DNA of 64,000 bases from a virus, in the IMG/VR virus record IMGVR_UViG_3300030041_000010; one strand, written 5' to 3'. The notes below the pieces were generated by a model that was not told where the DNA came from, did no database searches, and was given only the letters and a program-made list of their open reading frames with translations. This document shows positions 39,875-47,393 of the stretch, in pieces (the stretch's first letter is position 1; the number at the start of each line of letters is the position of its first letter). The position numbers and the translations under genes are program-made.

Positions 39875-40171
39875 ATGGTAAGAAACTGGTGCAATTCAAG
39901 GTTCAAGGACAAGACGACAGAGTACCTCATGGACCTGTATGGTCAACCTTCGCGTGGCGAACTTTCAGGGTTTTCTTTCGTCATGCTTCGTGTGGACATC
40001 GGGGATGAAGTCTACGCCCGGTTCAATGAGCACATGAATCAAATCGGGATGCATGACTTCATGGTGGACGTGGAAGAGCGTTGGCAGAGACTACGTGCTG
40101 AACGACAGAAGCGGATGGAAAAGGGTCGCACTTTAGTCAAGCGACTACACTTTGGAATCCCCGCTGAATGA
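39875..40171 (+). CDS. Hypothetical protein
   Basis: ATG after GGAG. Confidence 0.5.
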   Translation: MVRNWCNSRFKDKTTEYLMDLYGQPSRGELSGFSFVMLRVDIGDEVYARFNEHMNQIGMHDFMVDVEERWQRLRAERQKRMEKGRTLVKRLHFGIPAE

Positions 40172-40183
40172 GTATTAGTCTGC

Positions 40184-40504
40184 ATGGCGATTGAAGTAAC
40201 AAATGCGGATTTTGAATCGGTGGTTATCCAGTCCACGATTCCAGTCATCGTTGATTTTTGGGCAGGATGGTGCAGCCCATGCAAGCAGTTAGCACCCACA
40301 ATCGAAGCCCTCGCTGAGAAATACGCCGGTCGCGTGAAGGTTGTCAAGGCAGATGTTGACAAAAACAGCAAGGCGGTTGCAGACTACGGTATCCGCAGTA
40401 TCCCCACTCTGGTGTGGTTCAAGGGGGATAAGGACGAGGTTATCGCTGTGGGATTCAGGACGCAGGAGCGACTTGAAAGTTTGCTGAACGAACGACTCAA
40501 ATAG
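40184..40504 (+). CDS. trxA: Thioredoxin
   Basis: VIVDFWAGWCSPCK...GIRSIPTL. Confidence 0.9.
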   Translation: MAIEVTNADFESVVIQSTIPVIVDFWAGWCSPCKQLAPTIEALAEKYAGRVKVVKADVDKNSKAVADYGIRSIPTLVWFKGDKDEVIAVGFRTQERLESLLNERLK

Positions 40505-40513
40505 AGGTTTGCA

Positions 40514-40714
40514 ATGAAACTTGATTTGCAATCGGCTTCGCGTAAGCCTGACTTTTGGTGGAAAAATCCTATCCTTGTGATGACCCTCGGTCTGATAGCC
40601 ATCGTCTTCGGGGTCTTCGTCCACAACCCGGCTGGTGAGCATATTGCCAATATCGGGACATACGTTCTCGCAGCCGGGATTGTGGTTTGGATACTCAGGC
40701 TGAGACGTTCATGA
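40514..40714 (+). CDS. Small two-helix membrane protein
   Basis: Two hydrophobic segments; SD GAGG. Confidence 0.5.
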   Translation: MKLDLQSASRKPDFWWKNPILVMTLGLIAIVFGVFVHNPAGEHIANIGTYVLAAGIVVWILRLRRS

Positions 40715-41013
40715 AGATGTACATTCTAATCCGGGATGCTGTTCCACCGGGTCTTGCCGTAGTAGCCGCTGCCCATGCGTCATTGGCGTGCTACCTGAGA
40801 TTTCAAGACCACCCGGACATGAAGAAGTGGTTGGAAGGACCGTTCTACAAGGCGGTCTGCAAGGTCTCTGATGGCGAGTTTGAAAAGGCCAAGGAAGAGC
40901 GAGACCATGTGGTGCTCACCGAGTCGGCATGGTTGGTTCAGGAAACAGCGATTGCATTCGTGCCCCGTGAAGAGTATCCGAAGATGTTCAAGTTTCTGAG
41001 GTTGTACAAATGA
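40711..41013 (+). CDS. Pth2-like peptidyl-tRNA hydrolase, paralog of 37323..37625
   Basis: Shares MKMYILIR, AHASLACYL and PREEYPKMFKFLRL. Confidence 0.7.
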   Translation: MKMYILIRDAVPPGLAVVAAAHASLACYLRFQDHPDMKKWLEGPFYKAVCKVSDGEFEKAKEERDHVVLTESAWLVQETAIAFVPREEYPKMFKFLRLYK

Positions 41014-41273
41014 ATCGCAGGTCGTTTCTTAAAAGTTTTTTCGTAGTCGCGGGTGTTGCAACGGTCGCACCTGAGATGCTGCTACCTAAGTCAGACTCGA
41101 TTACCGAGGAGATTGGGTCTCTCTGCTATAACCCCATGACTGTTGGACAGATGGCGGCTGGATTTGCGATGATTCAAAAGCATGATTTCGTACCGTCATA
41201 CATGTTCGTGCATCCTCGGGTGTACAAGGAATTCGGTGGTGTGTTTGTTCATTGCTCTCGTTACGAGGATTAA
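41010..41273 (+). CDS. Small protein with a Tat-like signal
   Basis: MNRRSFLKSFFVVAGVA. Confidence 0.55.
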   Translation: MNRRSFLKSFFVVAGVATVAPEMLLPKSDSITEEIGSLCYNPMTVGQMAAGFAMIQKHDFVPSYMFVHPRVYKEFGGVFVHCSRYED

Positions 41274-41349
41274 CCATTCCGGGTTCGTTTTGGGAGCGAT
41301 AATAGTGGCTGAGTGCGTATTGAATAAAAAGAAGGTTTATGGAGATTAT

Positions 41350-41529
41350 ATGGCAAAGGTCATTCAAGTTGAGATTCCAAGAAGTACCATACAAGAGTTG
41401 AACGGCGACGGAGCTTTTGCTCACAACCTGTACAACGCCATCCTTGAAGCAGAAGCCACTGGCAAGGTAGTTGAAGTGCCGGTCGGAGAAGCTCGGAAGA
41501 GGGCACAAGTAGCTATCGTGGAGGGCTAA
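41350..41529 (+). CDS. Hypothetical protein
   Basis: SD GGAG. Confidence 0.5.
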   Translation: MAKVIQVEIPRSTIQELNGDGAFAHNLYNAILEAEATGKVVEVPVGEARKRAQVAIVEG

Positions 41530-41969
41530 TGCCTCAAGGTGCGTTCAGAACCGTCTGGTTCATAGAAAAGTGGGCGATTAAAATCCCTCGGTCACCTGAA
41601 GGCTTGAAAGCCAATCAACGTGAAGTTGCCAAGTGGCGAAGCATTGGGAACACCATCTTTGACTACCCCGGTGGCAACATTCGATTATGTCCTATTGTGT
41701 TCTCCCTTCCATTTGGTTTCGCTGTGGTCATGCGTCGAGCCAAATTGCTACCTCCCAACTACTTCGCCGACTTGAAGACTTTTACCAGAACCCAATTTCT
41801 GTTCCACACCGTTCGACAGAACATCATGGACACGGATTACCTAAAGGCAAGCAACTATGGTTTCCTTGACGGTACTTTAGTTGTGTTGGATTATGCTGGT
41901 CTTGATGGCACAGAAAATGGAATTATGGTAAAAGTTAAGTACGACACCAAAGATTGGGGTCGGTGGTAG
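41529..41969 (+). CDS. Minimal protein-kinase-like protein
   Basis: GAFRTV..AIKIP...NQRE...VVMRRA...D...SNYG...VVLDYA. Confidence 0.55.
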   Translation: MPQGAFRTVWFIEKWAIKIPRSPEGLKANQREVAKWRSIGNTIFDYPGGNIRLCPIVFSLPFGFAVVMRRAKLLPPNYFADLKTFTRTQFLFHTVRQNIMDTDYLKASNYGFLDGTLVVLDYAGLDGTENGIMVKVKYDTKDWGRW

Positions 41970-41991
41970 TATTATCACGTGAGGCATCTAC

Positions 41992-42570
41992 ATGTACAAA
42001 CCATACGTTCCGAACGAGAGAGTAGTTGATCGAGCGGTAGAGTTGTGGAAACGGACTCTTCTTCAGGCTCCGACTTTTGACAATGGGGCACACGATCTAC
42101 CGAACATGTTTGCCAGCGCACTGGCGACAGGTCTGGCAAACAAAAGCAAAGCAACTCCTGAGCAGCTTGAGGCGTTCGGCGAGAAGCTGAAATACTTCCT
42201 GATGAATGAGCTTTCCTTGGAGGAGATTAAAGGAGAGCCTGAGCCTGAAAATTGTTATAAGTCCCTCCACAACAGTGTGGGGGTAGATTACCATCCGGAC
42301 ACTGTGTTGAGCGCGGCTGCAAACGCTGCGGGAATCAGCACCAACCTCTTCCCATGGAAGACCAACATGAGCATCAATGTGGATTATGTGGCCTTCGGGG
42401 TGGGCTACTGTGCTCCATGGGATTACCACTACCCGTTGAAGAACGGTCGTTGGTTGATTACGCGACTCTCTGGTGAGGACATCAACAAGGTGATTGACTA
42501 CGTGGAGGGTGAGACCCCAGCGTTCACTGTGGAGGCCCCTCCTTCTCTGGCTCTGGTGGTGGCGGAATGA
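41992..42570 (+). CDS. Conserved hypothetical phage protein
   Basis: FDNG...VDYHPD..L..AA...FPWKT.M pattern. Confidence 0.6.
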   Translation: MYKPYVPNERVVDRAVELWKRTLLQAPTFDNGAHDLPNMFASALATGLANKSKATPEQLEAFGEKLKYFLMNELSLEEIKGEPEPENCYKSLHNSVGVDYHPDTVLSAAANAAGISTNLFPWKTNMSINVDYVAFGVGYCAPWDYHYPLKNGRWLITRLSGEDINKVIDYVEGETPAFTVEAPPSLALVVAE

Positions 42571-42746
42571 ACTGCCCCGAATGTCAGACAGAGTTGATCG
42601 ACAATACATGTACGATCTACTGTATGAAATGTGGGTACTACACCGGCCAGACACCTGTCACATGGGCACAGACTCAGGCGAATTTTGCCGCTATTGGTTT
42701 AAATGTTCAGAGGTTCAATCCGCTACTCGATTGTTGGGAAGAATAA

Positions 42747-42820
42747 TCCGGGCTCGTTCAATGGTAGGACAACGGACTTTGACTCCGTGAATTGAAGTTC
42801 GAATCTTCAGCCCGGAGCCA
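42747..42820 (+). tRNA. tRNA-Gln(TTG)
   Basis: TCCGGGC/GCCCGGA acceptor, loop CTTTGAC, GCCA. Confidence 0.9.
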
Positions 42821-42961
42821 ATAATTGAAAGGTTTTTTGTATGATTACTTGGCCTGAATTTTGGGGTATCATCGGTTGCACTGCAATCATGACAACTGTA
42901 ACCTACTGGTTGTCGAAAAAATAATTGGTTGCTTTTGATTTTTTGTGGTATTGTATACCTT

Positions 42962-43029
42962 GAGTCGGCTATTGCAGCCCTTCCTTCTACATCTATTGGA
43001 CAGAGCTTAGGTCTGCTGCTCTCCGACTC
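42962..43029 (+). ncRNA. Structured repeat RNA, copy 1 (Y-RNA-like)
   Basis: GAGTCGG/CCGACTC closing stem; CTATT/TGCTCT loop; GCAG/CTGC; CCT/AGG. Confidence 0.7.
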
Positions 43030-43066
43030 GCAAATTTTGAGTGTTGTTGATTGCACTCATCAAGTA

Positions 43067-43149
43067 GAACCGGCTATTGCAACCCTTCCTTCTCACTTAA
43101 TAACCCCCGCAAGGGGATTACCGATAACAGGTTTGCTGCTTTCCGGTTC
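43067..43149 (+). ncRNA. Structured repeat RNA, copy 2
   Basis: GAACCGG/CCGGTTC; GCAA/TTGC; inner CCCC-GCAA-GGGG hairpin. Confidence 0.7.
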
Positions 43150-43154
43150 ATAAC

Positions 43155-43240
43155 ATAGGTTGGCTATTGGAGCCCTTCCTTCTAAAAATCAGAGCCGCAA
43201 GGCTCACTTCGAGAATCAGGTCTCCTGCTTTCCAACCTAT
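43155..43240 (+). ncRNA. Structured repeat RNA, copy 3
   Basis: ATAGGTTGG/CCAACCTAT; GGAG/CTCC; inner GAGCC-GCAA-GGCTC hairpin. Confidence 0.7.
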
Positions 43241-43251
43241 ACTGAAAGGTA

Positions 43252-45468
43252 ATGTCCATGTCTGTACAGTCCATTGTTTTGCGTCGTTCGAACAAGGTTA
43301 TACTCCCGGTTCGGAACACCGTGTTTGTAGCCAAGTCCCCTGTGTCTCAGGCCCTTGTTGCTACTTTCAATCTGAACATTCAGTCTCTCGGCTACACCCT
43401 ATCTGCCGATGCAATCAAGGCTATCTTGAAGTTGGGTGTGACCTCGGCCACTCTTGTGTTTGATGAAGTCCTGTCGAGCCTCAAGGAAATCAAAGGCGTA
43501 CGCAGTTACAGGCCCATGTACCCGAACTTTCCGAAGCAGGTCATCGAGGCTTTGGATGCAGAACTGTACCTCAACGCGACGATGCACTATTTCAGCTTCT
43601 TGCTGGTTGACCTCACGGGTGACTCCAACAAGATTTGGTTGCCGAAGTATGCGAAGGATAAGCGTGAGCCACTTGACGAGAAGATTGAACTGCGTGTGCT
43701 CGGCGTGGCCGACAAGGTGGCTGTTGACATCCTGACCGACCGTATCGCTACGAGCAACACATCCCTCTCAGCATCGGACAAGGACGACTTGCGTACACTG
43801 CTTACCAGTGGGTATGGGCGGAACATTGACGACATGCTTTCGCGGATTAGCAACAAAGAGAACCTCGCCTTCGTGAGTTCCATCATCTTGTCGTCGGGAT
43901 CAGCAACTGACATCACTCCATATTTCCGCACGGCCACCGACATCCTACGTTTGGCGACCGCGATGAGTGGTGGTGACGTGTCGCTTAAGGACGACTCCAA
44001 GTTCAAGAAGTTCAAAAACTCAGAGCGTCGGTTCTTACTTGGCCTGTTGGAGCCTATCGGTAACAAGGTTGAGGACATGCTCCGCTGGCGCGAGCGTTGG
44101 GTGCGTCTTGGTCATCCACTGCATCCGGGTGAGTCTGCTAAGCGGTTTCCGACCACGGCTCGGGCGTTCACCATTCTCCGTAACAATGAACATGTGGACA
44201 CGTTCCGCACACAGGTGGAGTCCGCTGTTCGCTCCGGACATGTACTTCAGGCTGTGACGCTGTTGACTCAGCATCCGGGTGAGTTCGCTCGTCGGCTCGA
44301 CCACGTGTTACGTCAAGCCCCCAACGCTCACACCCAGCTTCGTGTTGTTGATGCTTTTTTGTCAGTGGCTCACGAGGTCTCAACCCCGGTTCTGTTGCAG
44401 GTACTCGCTCACTTTGAGCATCGTGATGAAACTGACCTGCGTGTTGTGTTCCCGAAGGGGAACGTGGCGAAGGTTATGTCTCTGGATAAGCCCTTGGCGA
44501 AGCTGCCAAAGATAATCACTAATGCTGTCTCTGTTGGTATCGAGTCAGTCCTGTTGTCTCGTTTCTCAGCATTGCCGGATATGGGTAAAGTATATCTCGA
44601 CCCGGCATTGCAGGATGTTCTCTTACCGTTCTCGCAGCGTTCGGCCAACAAGGCTCTCCGCACCTTGGTGCGTGGCTCCAAGTTGTCCTTCGGTGACGAG
44701 AAAAACACCATTCGTTTCTTCATCTGGTGGAAAGACGAAGATAAGTCCGATAATAGCTTCGACAACGGACGGGTTGACCTTGACCTCTCGGCGTGTGCCT
44801 ATGATGAGAATTGGGTGAGCATGGGAGCGGTGACGTATTACAACATGCGTGAGCAGTACGCAGTTCACAGCGGTGATATCACTTCGGCACCGAAAGGCGC
44901 GAGTGAGTTCATCGACGTGGATATTGCGGGGGCTGTTAAGGCTGGTGCGCGTTACATCGTTCAGACGGTTCACAGCTTCACCGGCCAGAAGTTCTCTGAC
45001 GTGCCGGAGGCTCTCGCTGGATTCATGCTTCGTGATAAGCCCCAGTCTGGTGAGGTATACGACCCTCGTACTGTTGTTGACCGGGCGGATGTGACGACCG
45101 AGGCCACCTCTGTTGTGCCGATGATTATCGACATCGTTGACCGCAAGGTTATTTGGGTTGATGCAGCGATGACAACTGGAGGTAGCCGTGGTTACCGTTA
45201 TTTCTCTCGTGGCAACAACGTAGCTTCAACCCGTGGTACAATTGAATTGTTGGGTAAGGCGTTCACCAACATTCACAAGCCGACTCTGTACAGGTTGTTA
45301 AGTCTCCACGCAGCCGTGCGTGGTGAAGTAGTAGCTACCAAGGAAGAGGCGGATGTGGTGTTTTCGGTGGAAGCCGGTACTCCTTTTGAACTCGACCGCA
45401 TCGCTTCCGAGTTCATGGCAGACGCCGTAAAGGAATCTGCTGTGAAGCGGGAGGCGGTGGCAGTCTAA
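43252..45468 (+). CDS. ROT/TROVE-like helical protein with a C-terminal TerD-like domain
   Basis: YPNFP.QV, TATDILRLA..MSGG, HPGEFARRLD; TerD-like VDLDLSA...HSGDITSAP.GASEFIDVD. Confidence 0.75.
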   Translation: MSMSVQSIVLRRSNKVILPVRNTVFVAKSPVSQALVATFNLNIQSLGYTLSADAIKAILKLGVTSATLVFDEVLSSLKEIKGVRSYRPMYPNFPKQVIEALDAELYLNATMHYFSFLLVDLTGDSNKIWLPKYAKDKREPLDEKIELRVLGVADKVAVDILTDRIATSNTSLSASDKDDLRTLLTSGYGRNIDDMLSRISNKENLAFVSSIILSSGSATDITPYFRTATDILRLATAMSGGDVSLKDDSKFKKFKNSERRFLLGLLEPIGNKVEDMLRWRERWVRLGHPLHPGESAKRFPTTARAFTILRNNEHVDTFRTQVESAVRSGHVLQAVTLLTQHPGEFARRLDHVLRQAPNAHTQLRVVDAFLSVAHEVSTPVLLQVLAHFEHRDETDLRVVFPKGNVAKVMSLDKPLAKLPKIITNAVSVGIESVLLSRFSALPDMGKVYLDPALQDVLLPFSQRSANKALRTLVRGSKLSFGDEKNTIRFFIWWKDEDKSDNSFDNGRVDLDLSACAYDENWVSMGAVTYYNMREQYAVHSGDITSAPKGASEFIDVDIAGAVKAGARYIVQTVHSFTGQKFSDVPEALAGFMLRDKPQSGEVYDPRTVVDRADVTTEATSVVPMIIDIVDRKVIWVDAAMTTGGSRGYRYFSRGNNVASTRGTIELLGKAFTNIHKPTLYRLLSLHAAVRGEVVATKEEADVVFSVEAGTPFELDRIASEFMADAVKESAVKREAVAV

Positions 45469-45534
45469 AGTTTCTTGACTATCACCCTCTAATTAGAGGG
45501 GCTATTGAAGCCCTTCCTACTAAGGGCGATAGTC

Positions 45535-46158
45535 ATGGTATTTTACACGGTATACAGAACTCAGAACATCACAAACGGCAGGTATTACTTCGGCGTCCAC
45601 AAGACTAGGAACCCGTATGATGGGTACCTTGGGTCGGGAAAAGTGCTCCGGACTGCGGTTAAAAAGTATGGTGAATCCTCGTTCATCAAGAACATATGTT
45701 TTGTCTTCGACAACCCTGAAGACGCTTTCTCCAAAGAGTTTGAATTGATTGAATCGTATCGCGAAGACCCGTTGTGCTATAACCTGAGACAAGGGGGTAG
45801 CGGGGGTTTCGACTACATCAATCAGGCGGGGCTATCACCGGGATTTAACTACATAAATGCCAACGGACTGGCTGCTGACAACAGGTTAAACCCTAAGCGA
45901 ATTGAAGCGGTCAGGGCATGTTTGGTGGCACACCCGCGCTCTCACCCTTGTTCAGAAGAAACAAAACTCAAGTTACGGAAGGCTTTGGAAGGTCGGATAT
46001 TGGGTGAACGTACCCAAGAGACCAGAGAGAAGATACGAGCCGCAAACAAAGGCAAGGTTCTATCTGAGGAGACTAAAGAAAAAATACGACAATCTCGATT
46101 AAATCGTGGTATTATTAGACATTGCGCGGCTATTGGAGCCCTTCCTTCTAAAAATTGA
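45535..46158 (+). CDS. GIY-YIG (Seg-like) homing endonuclease with NUMOD3-like repeats
   Basis: YTVYRTQN...YYFGVH...YLGSG, YNL..GG.GG, SEETK.KI repeats. Confidence 0.85.
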   Translation: MVFYTVYRTQNITNGRYYFGVHKTRNPYDGYLGSGKVLRTAVKKYGESSFIKNICFVFDNPEDAFSKEFELIESYREDPLCYNLRQGGSGGFDYINQAGLSPGFNYINANGLAADNRLNPKRIEAVRACLVAHPRSHPCSEETKLKLRKALEGRILGERTQETREKIRAANKGKVLSEETKEKIRQSRLNRGIIRHCAAIGALPSKN

Positions 46159-46197
46159 CCGATAATCAAACTAAAAGGTCTCCTGCTCTCCGCCAAT
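46121..46197 (+). ncRNA. Structured repeat RNA, copy 4
   Basis: GCGG-CTATT-GGAG-C-CCT...AGG-T-CTCC-TGCTCT-CCGC; has its own TGGTATTAT box upstream. Confidence 0.7.
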
Positions 46198-46204
46198 ACC
46201 ATCG

Positions 46205-46231
46205 AAACCCCCAAGTAAACTTGGGGGTTTT
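46205..46231 (+). terminator. Intrinsic terminator
   Basis: AAACCCCCAAG-TAAA-CTTGGGGGTTTT. Confidence 0.75.
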
Positions 46232-46450
46232 AACAAAACCTTGTATTAGCTATTGAGGGCCTCATGCTTCTTCCTAGCCAGAACAGTTCTGAAACAGTTC
46301 GCTTCTATGTGAAGTCGAGCAATGGTGTGTATCTGGAGTCAAAGATATTCGTTAATCAAGAAGATGCTGAGTTAGAAATGAAAAAGGAATTCTGGCAGGG
46401 CAGGGAACCTTGCGTTGTGCGGATTACCACCCTTGAAGAAGTTGTTTTAC

Positions 46451-46810
46451 ATGGAGAATAAATGTATCGAACCAAACAAGGACTATGATTGTGCTTGTGC
46501 CATAATGTGGCCTGACGATGAACTCGCCAGCCATTGCCGGTGCGTATGTCATACTCGGATTGAGGAGGATGCTTGGATCACCCAGAAGGCGGCAGAAGAG
46601 GATGGAGCATTTATCGCAGCGGGGCATATCGGCTTTTCCGCGATGTTTGCTCAGATGAAATCCCGCTGTTCTCAAGTCCAACTCCCTTTGAAGCGTAGCA
46701 GTGAGCCTTGGTGGTTCATGCTCGTCGCAGCCGCAATCTCGTTTGGGATAACGATAGGGTTTTTGTTACTGGCGTTGGGTGTTATTTACTTCGCTGCGAG
46801 GCCACACTAA
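46451..46810 (+). CDS. Cys-rich protein with a C-terminal transmembrane helix
   Basis: CACA...CRCVCH; hydrophobic C-terminus. Confidence 0.45.
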   Translation: MENKCIEPNKDYDCACAIMWPDDELASHCRCVCHTRIEEDAWITQKAAEEDGAFIAAGHIGFSAMFAQMKSRCSQVQLPLKRSSEPWWFMLVAAAISFGITIGFLLLALGVIYFAARPH

Positions 46811-47148
46811 TGCCACTAAAAGACAAGCAAGAAGTTCTTGAAGGCATCGCCTTCGGTCTTAACAAAGATGATTCATTTATTATGGGGTCATACATTACCT
46901 TCCGTAGGGAGTGGGCACAGGAAGTCGGCAAAGTTACCAAGATTTGGGTTGTGAACGAGGGGAAACTCCTTCACGGAACTATACTTGGTCAAGTAAGGTG
47001 GTTCCCCCGTTGGCGTAAGTATGGGTTATTCACCGAGGGCGGCATGGTGTTCGAGGAGACCTGCCTTCGAGAAATTGGCTACTTCTGTGAAACGGCTACA
47101 AAGATTCATAAGGCAGCTTTAAAAGAGAGAAAAGCAGCATCAGCATAG
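46810..47148 (+). CDS. Hypothetical protein
   Basis: LG.VRWF.RWRKY...F...CLREI pattern; TAATG overlap. Confidence 0.55.
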   Translation: MPLKDKQEVLEGIAFGLNKDDSFIMGSYITFRREWAQEVGKVTKIWVVNEGKLLHGTILGQVRWFPRWRKYGLFTEGGMVFEETCLREIGYFCETATKIHKAALKERKAASA

Positions 47149-47393
47149 AAGGTGCTATGGAAATTGATGATCGTAAGTTCGCTGCATTCATTCGGTATTA
47201 TGGCCGGAAAGCGTTTGAAGAGGGTGATGAGGATGCGTATATTCGCTATCCCTTTGAAGGCATGGGTACAGACTCCAAAGACTATTCGAGTTCTTCCTGC
47301 GGACACTTTGCAAGTGGATGGTGTTGAAAGTCCCACTGTGGTTTTTATAGCGTTTGTTGATAAGACTGAAGCTGAGACATAGTATTAGTCTAC

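Noticed and set aside
42962-43240. CRISPR mini-array
   Set aside because: Units have paired, covarying 5' and 3' motifs and uneven spacing, and no cas genes are present; a structured RNA repeat fits better.
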